Positions 1 through 10,205 are shown, numbered from the stretch's first letter. The stretch: 64,000 bases of DNA from a bacterium (GCA_025774935.1 JALGZK010000008.1:17576-81575); one strand, 5' to 3'. Notes: a model not told the origin generated them from the letters alone. Program-made: numbers and translations.

Positions 1-2
1 CG

Positions 3-182
3 TTCGGCATGGGGTTCATCCTCTTGATCGTCGTCGTCATCCCCTTCTGGAAGATCTTCCAGAAGGCGGGCTTCGCGCCGGCGTTGAGCCTCGTGATGCT
101 CATCCCGATCGTCAACATCGTAGCGCTCTACATGCTCGCGTTCTCGGAGTGGCGCGGCCCGTACGGCGGGTACCGGTCGTAG
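3..182 (+). CDS. C-terminal fragment of a small hydrophobic membrane protein (5' end lies outside the window)
   Basis: The frame is open from the window edge to TAG at 180-182. The translation FGMGFILLIVVVIPFWKIFQKAGFAPALSLVMLIPIVNIVALYMLAFSEW forms two hydrophobic helices. It carries a PFWKIF.KAG / IP.VN motif that I associate with DUF5684-type small membrane proteins. Confidence 0.45.
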   Translation, partial: FGMGFILLIVVVIPFWKIFQKAGFAPALSLVMLIPIVNIVALYMLAFSEWRGPYGGYRS

Positions 183-204
183 CGAGCGTACAGGGGCAGC
201 ATCC

Positions 205-1089
205 ATGTGGGAACAGATCACCGCGAACCAGGTGAAGTCCGGCTTCCTCGTCGGGTTCTTCGTCCTTTTCGTCATCTTCCTCGGCTGGATCTTCGGGGAG
301 TACACGGGCTGGGGCTGGGGCGGCGCCGTCTTCGCGGGCGTGATCGCGTGCGTGGGCGCGCTCACGAGCTGGTACAACAGCGACAAGATGGTGCTCGCCA
401 TCAGCCGCGCGCGTCCCGTCGAGCACACGGAGTACCCCCACCTCCACAACACCGTCCAGGGACTCGCGATCGCGGCCGGGATCCCCGAACCCAAGCTCTA
501 CATCATCGACGACACCGCGCCGAACGCATTCGCGACCGGCAGGGACCCCGAGCACTCGGCGATAGCCGTCACGACCGGACTCCTCCAGAAGCTCAACAGG
601 GTCGAGCTCGAGGGCGTCATCGGACACGAGATGTCGCACATCGCCGACCGCGACACGCTCCTTATGACGATTACGGTCATCCTCGTCGGGACCGTCGCGC
701 TCGTGAGCGACTGGATGTTCCGGAGCTTCATCTGGGGCCGCAGGTCCAGGAGCCGCGAGTCGGGACAGGCGGGGGCGATCATCCTCGTCGTCGCGCTCGT
801 GCTCGCGATCCTCTCCCCCCTGATCGCCCAAGTGATCAAGCTTGCGATCTCGCGGCGGCGGGAGTTTCTGGCCGACGCGAACGGGGCGCGGCTGACACGG
901 TACCCCGAGGGACTCGCGAGCGCACTTGAGAAGATCTCCGCTGACCCGGAGCCGCTCGAGGTCGCCAACAAGGCCACCGCGCACCTCTATATAGAGAACC
1001 CGCTCAAGGACGAGAAGCGCGCCATGAACAAGCTCTTCTCGACGCACCCGCCGGTCGAGGAGCGGATCGCGATCCTCCGGTCGATGTAG
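205..1089 (+). CDS. htpX: M48-family zinc metalloprotease HtpX
   Basis: 294-aa ORF with several hydrophobic segments. It has the HExxH motif GHEMSHIADRD and a C-terminal STHPPVEERI typical of HtpX. Confidence 0.9.
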   Translation: MWEQITANQVKSGFLVGFFVLFVIFLGWIFGEYTGWGWGGAVFAGVIACVGALTSWYNSDKMVLAISRARPVEHTEYPHLHNTVQGLAIAAGIPEPKLYIIDDTAPNAFATGRDPEHSAIAVTTGLLQKLNRVELEGVIGHEMSHIADRDTLLMTITVILVGTVALVSDWMFRSFIWGRRSRSRESGQAGAIILVVALVLAILSPLIAQVIKLAISRRREFLADANGARLTRYPEGLASALEKISADPEPLEVANKATAHLYIENPLKDEKRAMNKLFSTHPPVEERIAILRSM

Positions 1090-1124
1090 GTCGCGGGCCG
1101 CTCGTGAGGCGGGACACAGGAACG

Positions 1125-1156
1125 AAAAAGGGGACGCCGACCGGCGTCCCCTTTCT
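1125..1156. terminator. Bidirectional intrinsic terminator between convergent htpX and polX
   Basis: A 10-bp perfect stem AGGGGACGCC/GGCGTCCCCT (1129-1152) with loop GACC. It is flanked by an A-run on the 5' side and TTT on the 3' side. Confidence 0.6.
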
Positions 1157-1181
1157 CATACCCTCGCGGCATCGCGCCGCC

Positions 1182-2894
1182 CTAGCTCTGCCCGAGCCAC
1201 TTCCTGAGCGCCGCGAGCGTCAGGCAGTTCAGGACGTTCTTCTTCGTGAGCCAGCCGCGACGCGCCGTCCGTACGCCGAGCTCCATCATCCAGAGCTGGT
1301 CGACGTGGTGGGAGTCGGTCCCGATCGCGACCGCGACGCCCATCTCCGCCGCGCGGCGGGAGTTCACGTCGTTCAGGTCGAGCCGCTCGTGGTAGGCGTT
1401 GATCTCGAGCGCGGTCCCCGTCTCGGCGGCGACCTCCATCACCCGCTCCATGTCGACCTCGTACGCGGGCCGCGTGCCGAGAAGGCGACCGGTCGGATGG
1501 CCGATGATGTCGACGTGCGGGTTCTCCATCGCGGAGACGATCCTCCCGGTGATCCTGTCGCGCGTCTGCGTGAACCCGCTGTGGACCGACGCCACGACGA
1601 CGTCGAGCTTCTCGAGGACGCCGTCCGGGAAGTCGAGCGTCCCGTCCGACAGGATGTCGACCTCGGTCCCCGACAGCACCGTGATGCCCTTCACCTTCCT
1701 GTTGACAGCCGCGATCTCCCTGGCCTGCTTCCGGATGCGCTCGATCGACAGCCCGTGCGCGATGCCGAGCGAGCGGGTGTGGTCGTTGATCGAGACGTAC
1801 TTGTAGCCCTCGGCCTTCGCCGCGCGCGCGACCTCCTCGATCGTCGAGTAGCCGTCGCTCCAGTTCGAGTGGACGTGGAGGTCGCCCCTTATGTGCTTCG
1901 TCTCGACGAGGTCCGGGAGGTCCTTCTCGAGCGCGGCCTCGACCTCTCCCCTGTCCTCGCGAAGCTCGGGCGGGATGAACTGGAGCCCGAGCCTCTTCAT
2001 CACAGCCTCCTCCGAGCTCCCAGCGACTCGGCGATCTCCTTTGAAGAGCCCGTACTCGTTGAGCTTGAGGCCCTTCTCCTGCGCGAGCCCGCGGAGCCGG
2101 ACGTTGTGCGCCTTCGAGCCAGTGAAGTACATGAGCGCGGCGCCCGCGGAGTCCGGCGGCACGACGCGCAGGTCGACCTGCATCGCGCCTCCGACCCGGA
2201 CGCTCGCCTTCGTCGAGCCGGCGGCGAGCACCTCCTCGACGCCGGGAAGCGAGGTGAACGCCTCGATGACCGCCTTCGGTCTCTTGCTGAACGCGAGGAC
2301 GTCGATGTCGCCGATCGTCTCGCGGTAGCGCCGGACCGACCCGGCGAGGCTCACGTCCGCGACCCCGGTCGCCTCCTTGAGCGCCTCGACGATCTCCTCG
2401 GCGGTCGGGAGGATCGCGCCGAGCGTGAGGCGCCCCGAGCGCGACTCGTACGCGCGCACCCCGGCTTCGATCTTCTCGACCTTCTTCGCGCCCATCCCGG
2501 GGAGGTCGAGGATCTTCCGGCCGCGGAGCGCGCGCTTGAGGCCGTTCATCGACTTGACCTTGAGCTCCTTCCAGAGGAGCCCGATCGTCTTGGGCCCGAG
2601 GCCTGGGACCTGGAGGAGCTCGATGAGCCCCTTCGGAATGGTCTTCCTCTCCTCCTCGTACCGCTTGATCTTCCCGGTCCGGAGGTACTCCTCGATCTGC
2701 CCCGCCGTCCCCTTCCCGATCCCGGAGATGTCTAGGATCTCGCCGGACTCGACGAGGTCGGCGACATCGACCGCGAGGTCGCCGATGATGCGCGACGAGC
2801 GCCGGTACGAGCTCACTCGGAACGCGTTGTCGCCGCGGATCTCGAGGATGTCGGCGAGCGAGTCGAAGATGGCTGCGATCTCGCGGTTCTTCAT
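1182..2894 (-). CDS. polX: Family X DNA polymerase with C-terminal PHP phosphoesterase domain (PolX)
   Basis: 570 aa. The N-terminal region is Pol-beta-like HhH/nucleotidyltransferase (GIGKGTAGQI, GSVRRYRETIGDIDVL). The C-terminal region carries PHP motifs (GDLHVHSNWSDG, NDH, GTDSHH). Confidence 0.9.
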   Translation of the reverse strand: MKNREIAAIFDSLADILEIRGDNAFRVSSYRRSSRIIGDLAVDVADLVESGEILDISGIGKGTAGQIEEYLRTGKIKRYEEERKTIPKGLIELLQVPGLGPKTIGLLWKELKVKSMNGLKRALRGRKILDLPGMGAKKVEKIEAGVRAYESRSGRLTLGAILPTAEEIVEALKEATGVADVSLAGSVRRYRETIGDIDVLAFSKRPKAVIEAFTSLPGVEEVLAAGSTKASVRVGGAMQVDLRVVPPDSAGAALMYFTGSKAHNVRLRGLAQEKGLKLNEYGLFKGDRRVAGSSEEAVMKRLGLQFIPPELREDRGEVEAALEKDLPDLVETKHIRGDLHVHSNWSDGYSTIEEVARAAKAEGYKYVSINDHTRSLGIAHGLSIERIRKQAREIAAVNRKVKGITVLSGTEVDILSDGTLDFPDGVLEKLDVVVASVHSGFTQTRDRITGRIVSAMENPHVDIIGHPTGRLLGTRPAYEVDMERVMEVAAETGTALEINAYHERLDLNDVNSRRAAEMGVAVAIGTDSHHVDQLWMMELGVRTARRGWLTKKNVLNCLTLAALRKWLGQS

Positions 2895-2933
2895 CGTTGC
2901 TCCGTGCGGCGGTCAGCGCCCGGCCGCCGCGCG

Positions 2934-4412
2934 CTAGCCCTTCACCACGCCGAGCGGCCTCAGGCGGACGACCCTCTTCGCGATCCCCGCCCTCTCCATG
3001 ACGTCGACCACCTCGGTCACGTCCTTGTACGCCTCGGGCATCTCCTCGGCGAGCGTGCGCTTGCCCTCGGCCATGACGAAGACCCCGCGCTCGGACATCT
3101 CCTGCTCGAGGTTCCTCCCCGCCGCCGCTCTCTTCGCCTTTGCACGCGACATGACGCGGCCGGCGCCGTGGCACGTGCTCCCGAACGTCTCGCGCATCGC
3201 AGCACCCGTGCCCACGCAGACGTACGAGCACGTCCCCATGTCGCCGGGGACGAGCACCGGCTGCCCGACAGCGCGATACGCGTCGGGGACGTCCGCATGT
3301 CCCGCCGGGAATGCGCGCGTCGCCCCCTTCCGGTGGACGCAGAGCGTGACCTCGCGCCCCTCCCGGGTGTGCGTCTCGAGCTTCGCGATGTTGTGGCACA
3401 CGTCGTAGAGGAGCCGGAGGCCGAGAGCGCTCTCGCTCGACTTGAGCACCTTAGCGACCGCCCGCTTCGTGAGCGCCATCATGACCTGGCGGTTCGCCCA
3501 CGCGTAGTTCGCGGCGCACGCCATCGCCGCGAGGTAGCGCTTCCCCTCGGGCGACTCGACCGGGGCGCAGGCGAGCTGCCGGTCGGGAAGCTCGATCGCG
3601 TACTTCCGCACGGCCTTCTGCATCACCTCGAGGTAGTCGTCGCAGATCTGGTACCCGAACCCGCGCGAGCCCGAGTGGATCTGAAACGCGACGCCTCCCT
3701 TCTCGAGCCCGAACGCGCTCGCGGTGTAGTCGTCGTAGATCTCGTCGATGACGTCGATCTCGAGGAAGTGGTTCCCGGACCCGAGCGTCCCGACCTGGTC
3801 GAGCCCGCGCTGGATCGCGCGCTTCCCGACCTTCGAGGGGTCCGCCATCCGGAGCCTGCCGCCTTCCTCGGTGTGGTCGAGGTCGGCGTCGGTCCCGAAC
3901 CCCTTCTTCACGGCCCACGCCGCGCCCTCGACCATGAGGTCGTCGAGGTCCTTCCGCCCGAGCTTCCCGATGGCGCCGTGCGAGCCGAGCCCGCACGGGA
4001 CGTCGCGGTAGAGCTGCTTCACGAGAGCGGGGATCCTGTCGCGGACGTCCCCGTGCGTGAGCTTAGAGGCGACGACGCGGACGCCGCAGTTGATGTCGTA
4101 GCCGACGCCGCCCGGGGAGATGACGCCGCCCTTCGCTGGATCGGTCGCCGCGACGCCGCCGATCGGGAACCCGTACCCCCAGTGGATGTCGGGCATCGCG
4201 AGCGACGCGCCGACGATGCCCTGAAGGTGCGCGACATTCGCGACCTGGTCGACGGCCTTCTCCTTCGCGATGTGCCGCATCAGTCGGTCGTCGGCGTAGA
4301 CGCGGCCTGGTACGCGCATCCCTCGCGTCTTCGGGATCTCCCAGACGCAGTCGGAGACGCGACGCATCTCGTGGCTTCCGGCCATCCGGCTCTCTCCCGC
4401 CACCCGTCTCAC
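2934..4412 (-). CDS. rtcB: RNA 3'-phosphate/5'-OH ligase RtcB
   Basis: RtcB signature blocks are present: PDIHWGYGFPIGGVAA, GGVGYDINCG, GSGNHFLE, HSGSRGFG and CHGAGR. The true start may be the ATG at 4385, which has GGGAGAG upstream. Confidence 0.93.
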   Translation of the reverse strand: MRRVAGESRMAGSHEMRRVSDCVWEIPKTRGMRVPGRVYADDRLMRHIAKEKAVDQVANVAHLQGIVGASLAMPDIHWGYGFPIGGVAATDPAKGGVISPGGVGYDINCGVRVVASKLTHGDVRDRIPALVKQLYRDVPCGLGSHGAIGKLGRKDLDDLMVEGAAWAVKKGFGTDADLDHTEEGGRLRMADPSKVGKRAIQRGLDQVGTLGSGNHFLEIDVIDEIYDDYTASAFGLEKGGVAFQIHSGSRGFGYQICDDYLEVMQKAVRKYAIELPDRQLACAPVESPEGKRYLAAMACAANYAWANRQVMMALTKRAVAKVLKSSESALGLRLLYDVCHNIAKLETHTREGREVTLCVHRKGATRAFPAGHADVPDAYRAVGQPVLVPGDMGTCSYVCVGTGAAMRETFGSTCHGAGRVMSRAKAKRAAAGRNLEQEMSERGVFVMAEGKRTLAEEMPEAYKDVTEVVDVMERAGIAKRVVRLRPLGVVKG

Positions 4413-4445
4413 CCCCTCGGTCCCGCGCTCGTTCTGTGCGGCGCG

Positions 4446-4898
4446 CTACGTGTCGAAGATGACTCGCACGGACCAGACCGCGCCGTCCTCCTCGATCCTG
4501 AGGTCGTGGTAGGTCGGGGCCTTGAGCTCGGCCTTGACCGCGTGCCTCCCGGGATCGAACGCTTCGCCGGCGACGTGCGCGCGGATCACGCCCTCGTCCA
4601 TGCCGACGATGTCGAACGAAGACATGAGGACGCGCTCCGTCTCGAAGAGATAGAGGAGCTCCGAGAGCCATCGCACCATCATGTTCTGGAGGTCATCGGC
4701 GCGCGCCTCGACCCGGACCATTTCGCGCCACGTGTCGCCTACCGTGTCGAGGTCGCACACGAGGTCGAACATGCACGCGGCGGCCTTCTCGAACGCCGAG
4801 CGCTCGTCGCGGGCGGTGAGCTCCATCCCCACGTCCGCCGTGTGCTCGATCTCGGTGTACTCGGGTCGTTCGGCCATGTGTCTCGCCCGTCCCGCCAT
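4446..4898 (-). CDS. Archease (RtcB activator)
   Basis: 150 aa with an N-terminal EHTADVG motif and archease-like size. It sits immediately upstream of rtcB on the same strand. Confidence 0.85.
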   Translation of the reverse strand: MAGRARHMAERPEYTEIEHTADVGMELTARDERSAFEKAAACMFDLVCDLDTVGDTWREMVRVEARADDLQNMMVRWLSELLYLFETERVLMSSFDIVGMDEGVIRAHVAGEAFDPGRHAVKAELKAPTYHDLRIEEDGAVWSVRVIFDT

Positions 4899-4904
4899 CG
4901 CGGC

Positions 4905-6797
4905 CTAGCCGGCACCGCCTCCCCCACCGCCGCCCCCACCTCCACCTCCGCCAGTGCCGCCACCGCCGGTGCCGCTCGCCGTGCTCATCGTGCTCCCGGC
5001 GACCGCGACCATGCTCGTCATTCCCTCGGACAGCCCCGCGATGCCGCCGAGCCCCTCGCTCATCCGCGCGGCCGAGCCCGCGTACCATGCCGCCGCGAAC
5101 GGACGCCCGGCGGCGGCCTCCATCTGCGGAATGAACTTCTCGAGCTGCTTCAGGACCTCCTTGGCGACACCGAGCGTGACGGCGTACACCAGGAAGTGCT
5201 CCCAGAGGGCGAGCGCGCCGGGCGGCGCCTCCTCGAGTTGCGAGAAGTGGAGGAGGTACTTCTTGAGCGCCTTCCACTGCTTGAACTCGAGCGCGGCCTC
5301 CGGGCTCCGCCGCTTGATGAGCGACGAGAGGACGATGGTCAGGATCGAGACGCCGAACGCGCCTATTCCCCAGAGGCTCTGAGTGATGATGACCGTCGCG
5401 ATCGAGAGCCCCGCGAACAGGATCCCGACGACGAGCCCGACGATCGCCATCATCGAGCTCTTCTTCTCGAGAAGTCCCTCGGCTTCCGCCGAGCGCTTGA
5501 CGCGCTTCTTCCACTTCTCGAACCAGCGGCGGAACGCGCTCGAGTGCTTCTGCGCGTCCTTCTTGAACGCGTCGAGCGAGAGCGTGTCGCCGACGACGGC
5601 CTCCGACGAGAACATGAAGATGAGGAGGCTCGCCTCGTGCGGGTCCACGCCCTCCAGGTCCTTGTTCGTCCACTCGAGCAGGTAATCGTACTCGGGCTTG
5701 CCGCCGAGCTTGTCGAGGAGCCCGCGGTCCTCGTTGTGGACCTCCTGGATCTTGAGGTACCCGCGGCGCGCGAGGTCCATGAGCGTCGCCACCATGTCGT
5801 CGGCGTTCACGAACCCGGAGCGGACGAGGTAGCCGACCTCGGCGGGCGGGCGCTCGGACGGAAGCTCGCGGAAGTAGTCACCCTCGAACGGTGCGTCGTG
5901 CTCCTTCCCGAACCGCGAGAAGAGGAATGCCCACACGCCGAACGCGAGGACCGCGAGGACGCCGGCGAACCAGCCGCCGGCTCGCTTCCGCTGCTGCAGG
6001 CGCGCGTACTGCTGTCGGGCCTCCCTCCGCCTCCGGTTCGCGTCCTCGACCCACTCCGACTCCTCGCTGAACGCCCGGTCCCAGATCTCACCGCTCGCGC
6101 GGACGCCGGACGCCGGCACGAGCTCCGGCGGGAAGAGGACGCGCATCTCGACGAACTTGCGCGGCCTCAGGTTGTCGACGCGGAACGTGATCGTCTGAGC
6201 GTCGACGATCTCGTACTCGCTCGTGAGCTCCGTGTGGAGCCACGCGCGGACGGCGTCCCTGTCCGCGCCCGGCGGGAGGCGGATCGTACCGGTGACCTGC
6301 CGGACGCCTTTGTCCCAGTCGTCCCCGATGAGCTTCCAGTAGAGCTGGGCGTGGTCGTCGTACACCGTGACCGCGTCGTGGACGAAGTAGTGGATGACGA
6401 ACGTCCGCTCCTCGTCGTCGGCGCGGTAGAACCACTTCCCGTAGACGGAGTCCCCCTCGTAGTCGTAGTCGACCCAGTAGGTTCCGGGCGGCCTGTCGTC
6501 GTCCAGCTCGCGGCGGGTGCCGAGCCTGTACGGCGTGTCCCCCTCGCCGATGACGAAGTCCGTGATGTCGACCCTGCCGCCTCCGGCGACCCTCGCCTTC
6601 TCCACCTTGTAGAAGGCGAACGTGAAGTCCCCGTCGAAGTCGAACGTGCGCCTCTCCATGAAGTGGAGGCTCCCGTCCATCTGCACGTCGACGCTGAGGT
6701 CGACGCGGGGTATCGTGTAGTCCTTCGCGAGCGCTGAGCACGACGTCAGGAGCGCCGCGGCGATGACGAGCGCGAGCGCCGTGAGCGTTCTTCTCAT
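4905..6797 (-). CDS. DUF2207-type membrane protein with poly-Gly C-terminus
   Basis: I trimmed the start to ATG 6797, which has a GAGGAGGTC SD and gives the lipoprotein-like signal MRRTLTALALVIAAALLTSC. A DUF2207-like extracytoplasmic domain is followed by TM helices and a G-rich tail. Confidence 0.75.
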   Translation of the reverse strand: MRRTLTALALVIAAALLTSCSALAKDYTIPRVDLSVDVQMDGSLHFMERRTFDFDGDFTFAFYKVEKARVAGGGRVDITDFVIGEGDTPYRLGTRRELDDDRPPGTYWVDYDYEGDSVYGKWFYRADDEERTFVIHYFVHDAVTVYDDHAQLYWKLIGDDWDKGVRQVTGTIRLPPGADRDAVRAWLHTELTSEYEIVDAQTITFRVDNLRPRKFVEMRVLFPPELVPASGVRASGEIWDRAFSEESEWVEDANRRRREARQQYARLQQRKRAGGWFAGVLAVLAFGVWAFLFSRFGKEHDAPFEGDYFRELPSERPPAEVGYLVRSGFVNADDMVATLMDLARRGYLKIQEVHNEDRGLLDKLGGKPEYDYLLEWTNKDLEGVDPHEASLLIFMFSSEAVVGDTLSLDAFKKDAQKHSSAFRRWFEKWKKRVKRSAEAEGLLEKKSSMMAIVGLVVGILFAGLSIATVIITQSLWGIGAFGVSILTIVLSSLIKRRSPEAALEFKQWKALKKYLLHFSQLEEAPPGALALWEHFLVYAVTLGVAKEVLKQLEKFIPQMEAAAGRPFAAAWYAGSAARMSEGLGGIAGLSEGMTSMVAVAGSTMSTASGTGGGGTGGGGGGGGGGGGGAG

Positions 6798-7008
6798 CGT
6801 GACCTCCTCGTGGGTCTCCCGCAGTAACTGTTCGGTCGTTTCGCACCACGTTACCACTGTGCCGTCCGAGTTCAAGGGCGAGTTCGCGCCGCCTCGCATG
6901 CCGGCGCGGCCTCCGAGGACTCCGTCCACGCAAAAGGGGCCGCATCGGCACGAAGCGGCCCCTCGACTCGCTCTATCCTGCACCCCGCGCCGCCGCGGGG
7001 AACCTCGC

Positions 7009-8364
7009 TTACCCCTTCGTCGCGATCGGCACGTCCTTCATCAGGAGGTACGGGAAGTAGTGGCTCCCGAAGAACCCCAACCGCCCGACGAGCTCGACGT
7101 CGCTCGAGATCTCGAGGAGGTTGTCCCTGAGGAGCTTGTAGATGTTCCCCGAGACCATCGTGTCCTTCACGCGACCGGTGACCTTCCCGCCATCGACCTT
7201 GAGGCCGTACGCGACGTTCCCGGCGAAGTCGCCCGCGGTGAGGTTGCTCATGAGGATGCCCATGATGCGGTCGACGATGACGCCGTCGTGGATGCCCGCC
7301 ACGAGCTCCTCGTGCGGCTTCTCCCCTCCCGCCATGACCCAGTTCGTGACCTCGGGAGCCGGGACCTTGCCCAGGTCCTTCGTGAGGACGAGCCTCTTCG
7401 CGCGGAGCGCGTTGCCGGTCCTCGGGAGGTCGAGCTTCTTCGCCGTCCGGAGGTCGGTGAGGAAGTTCCTGAGGACGCCGTTCTCGACCACGACGGTCGT
7501 CTGCATCGGCACGCCCTCGTCGTCGAACGGCGCCGTCTCGTAGCCACTCGCGAGGAGGCCGTCGTCCATGATCGTCACGCGCTCGTCGAAGACGGTCTCG
7601 CCGATCTTGCCCTGGAGCGGCGAGATCCCCCGGTCGACGATCGAGCCGGAGACGCCGAGGTAGAGCGTCATGAACACGTCGGCCACGGCCCGCGGCGTGA
7701 ACATGACCGTCGTCGATCCCGTCTTCGTTTCGACGTTCTTGCGCCCGAGCTTGAACTGCTGGATGACGTCGTGGACCAGCGCCTCCGGCTTGGCGTCGAC
7801 GACCGTCGAACCGTAGTAGCCGCCGCCGTCGAGCATGTTCGTTCCCTCGATGAGCCGGCCGCCCAGGTAGTGCTTGTAGAGCGTGCGCTTGTACGTCGCG
7901 TCGAACCCCGCAGACGTCGCGACCCGGATCTCCTGAAGGTCGAGGAACGTGCCGCCCTCGGCGTTGATCTCGCCCTCGTAGTCGAGTATCTGCGCGATCT
8001 CGGCCTCGGTCTGCGAGATCGCGGTGTCGATGTCGAACTCCCTCACCTCTCCGCTCGCGGCGCAGACGTCCGGGAGCTCCGCCGCGCCCGCGAAGTCGAA
8101 CGCGGCCTTCTCGCCGTGCGCCGACGTCGCGATCGCGTCGTCGACGATGCGGTCGGTGTCCTCGAGCTTCGTGCTCGTCGCGAGCCCGACCTTCCCGTCC
8201 TTCACGAGCCTGAGCGCGGCCCCTCTCTCCTCCGTGCGCGAGACCCCCTTGAGCCTCCCGGTCTCGAAGTCGACCGACGTGCGGAGCGAGTTCAGGAAGA
8301 AGACCTCGCAGCCCGAGGCGCCCTTCGCCATCGCCTTCTCGATGATCTCCCTCACGTTACTCAC
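7009..8364 (-). CDS. pmbA: PmbA/TldE-family metalloprotease component
   Basis: 451 aa of the TldD/PmbA fold family, lacking HExxxH. It overlaps the upstream tldD by 8 nt. Confidence 0.85.
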   Translation of the reverse strand: MSNVREIIEKAMAKGASGCEVFFLNSLRTSVDFETGRLKGVSRTEERGAALRLVKDGKVGLATSTKLEDTDRIVDDAIATSAHGEKAAFDFAGAAELPDVCAASGEVREFDIDTAISQTEAEIAQILDYEGEINAEGGTFLDLQEIRVATSAGFDATYKRTLYKHYLGGRLIEGTNMLDGGGYYGSTVVDAKPEALVHDVIQQFKLGRKNVETKTGSTTVMFTPRAVADVFMTLYLGVSGSIVDRGISPLQGKIGETVFDERVTIMDDGLLASGYETAPFDDEGVPMQTTVVVENGVLRNFLTDLRTAKKLDLPRTGNALRAKRLVLTKDLGKVPAPEVTNWVMAGGEKPHEELVAGIHDGVIVDRIMGILMSNLTAGDFAGNVAYGLKVDGGKVTGRVKDTMVSGNIYKLLRDNLLEISSDVELVGRLGFFGSHYFPYLLMKDVPIATKG

Positions 8365-9727
8365 CTCCGATCACGACGTTCTGGATTCTGACGTGGGGCG
8401 ACTCGTGGCTCGTCTGGAGCGGGAACTGCCCCGCCTTGCCGCAGCCGCCCGGGCCGTCGTGCGGCCGCCGGTCATTCGCGATCATGTCGATGTTCTCCAG
8501 CGTGACGAAGACGTTCCCGGTGAGCGTCACGTCCCGAACCATCTCGGCGATCTTCCCGTCCCTGATCATGTAGGCGTTCGCCGCGGTGAACGTGAACATC
8601 TCGCCGTTCGTCTGTCCGCCCTGCGCGGAGATCGCGTAGACGCCGAGCTCGATGTCCGCGAGCATGTCCTCGAAGCTGCACGTCCCGTTCTCGATGCACG
8701 TGTTCCGCATGCGGCAGACCGGCTCGAACCGGTAGTCGATCGCGCGCGCGTTCCCGGTCGGCTGCTCCCCCATCTTCCCCGCGGTCTCGCGGGAGTGGAG
8801 ACGCCCCACGAGCGCGCCCTCGCGGATGAGGTAGGTCTTCTCCGTCGGGACGCCCTCGTCGTCGTAGACGAGGTAGCCGCGGAGCCCCTTGTCGAGTCCG
8901 GAGTCGTAGACGTTCAGGATCGGCCGCCCGAACTGGCGGCCGAGCGTCATGACCTCCTGGAGGTTCTTGTCCTCGTAGACGTTGTCGCCCTCCGAGAGGT
9001 GGCCGAAGGCCTCGTGGATGAACGTCCCGCCGAGCCTCGGGTCGAGGATGACGGTGTACTCGCCGCCCTTCACCTTCGGGGCGTCGAGCTTCCCGAGCGT
9101 GATCTCGGCGACCTCGTCGATCTTGCCCTCGAGGCCGAGGGCGACGCCGAAGTCGTCGCTCGACCCGAACGGAACACCGAAGTACTGAGAGTCGCCGTCC
9201 TTCGCGGCGATCGGCGCCACCACCCCTCCGAGGTCGATCCTCTCCTGGTAGACGAGGCTCCCCTCCGAGTTCGCGAACCAGAACTTGCGGTTCCGGTCGA
9301 AGTAACGGGTCGACGTGCTCACGATGCGCTCGTCGTACCCGAGCGCCTGCTCGTTGTAGGCCTTCAGGATCTCGACCTTCTTCTCGAGCGGAACCTCGCG
9401 CGGGTCGTTCTTGAGATCGAGGAGGACGTCGTCCCGCACGGGATCGACCGGCGCGAGCTCGCTCGTCTCCGCGCCCACGAGCTTCGCCTGGTCGATCGCG
9501 TTCTGCGCGAACTCCTCGATGCGGTCGAGGCTGTTGAACGACGCGAACCCCCATCCGCCCTTGTAGAGAGCCCGTACGTTCCCCCCGAAGTCGACCTTCC
9601 TCCCGAGGTCCTCGAGCCTGGGGCCGCTGAACGTGACCCTGGACTCCTCGGTCTCCTCGACGTGCGCCTCGAGGTAGTCGCACTGCGAGGCGAACTTCTT
9701 GACGACCTGTTCCAGTCGGTCCTTCAT
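8357..9727 (-). CDS. tldD: TldD-family metalloprotease
   Basis: 456 aa with the HEAFGH motif (GGTFIHEAFGHLSEGD) and a C-terminal GxC...GG region typical of TldD. Confidence 0.9.
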   Translation of the reverse strand: MKDRLEQVVKKFASQCDYLEAHVEETEESRVTFSGPRLEDLGRKVDFGGNVRALYKGGWGFASFNSLDRIEEFAQNAIDQAKLVGAETSELAPVDPVRDDVLLDLKNDPREVPLEKKVEILKAYNEQALGYDERIVSTSTRYFDRNRKFWFANSEGSLVYQERIDLGGVVAPIAAKDGDSQYFGVPFGSSDDFGVALGLEGKIDEVAEITLGKLDAPKVKGGEYTVILDPRLGGTFIHEAFGHLSEGDNVYEDKNLQEVMTLGRQFGRPILNVYDSGLDKGLRGYLVYDDEGVPTEKTYLIREGALVGRLHSRETAGKMGEQPTGNARAIDYRFEPVCRMRNTCIENGTCSFEDMLADIELGVYAISAQGGQTNGEMFTFTAANAYMIRDGKIAEMVRDVTLTGNVFVTLENIDMIANDRRPHDGPGGCGKAGQFPLQTSHESPHVRIQNVVIGGE

Positions 9728-9761
9728 GACGTCTCCCTGTGTGTGACGGCGCCCGAGCGCG

Positions 9762-10205
9762 CTACTCGTCGATGATCTTGATCTCGTGCGTGATCGTGGT
9801 CGCCTTCGAGAGGACGTTCCCGAGCGTGCAGTACTTCTCCTCCGAGAGCTTCGCGGCCTTCTCGGCCTTGCCGCGGTCGATGTTCTTCCCGGTGATGACG
9901 TACTCGATGTGGATGCCGTCGTACCCGGACGGCGTGTCCTTGATCGGCCTCGCCTCGGCGTTCACCTCGAACGCGAGCACCTCCTGCCGCATCTTCTGGA
10001 GGATCTCGATGACGTTCATTCCGGCGCAGGCCGCGAGCGCCACGATCGGGAGCTCGGCCGGCCGGTACCCCTTACCCTCGCCGCCCCCCTTGACGCTCGC
10101 GTCGAACTTGATCTCGCGTCCCTCGCCGTCCCACCCGTCGAACTCGAACCCCTTCAACCACTTCACCTTCCCGACGAACATGCTGCTCTCCTCTCTGTGA
10201 TTCAC
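9762..10205 (-). CDS. OsmC/Ohr-family peroxiredoxin-like protein
   Basis: 147 aa with OsmC-like layout and conserved Cys residues (LAACAGMN, KYCTLGN). Confidence 0.8.
   Translation of the reverse strand: MNHREESSMFVGKVKWLKGFEFDGWDGEGREIKFDASVKGGGEGKGYRPAELPIVALAACAGMNVIEILQKMRQEVLAFEVNAEARPIKDTPSGYDGIHIEYVITGKNIDRGKAEKAAKLSEEKYCTLGNVLSKATTITHEIKIIDE

Noticed and set aside
2904-6737. 1277-aa plus-strand ORF spanning rtcB, archease and DUF2207
   Set aside because: The ORF is a shadow frame antisense to three genes with clear family motifs. Its composition is dominated by Arg, Asp, Glu, Leu, Pro and His runs with no recognisable domain. This is typical of stop-poor frames in very high-G+C DNA.
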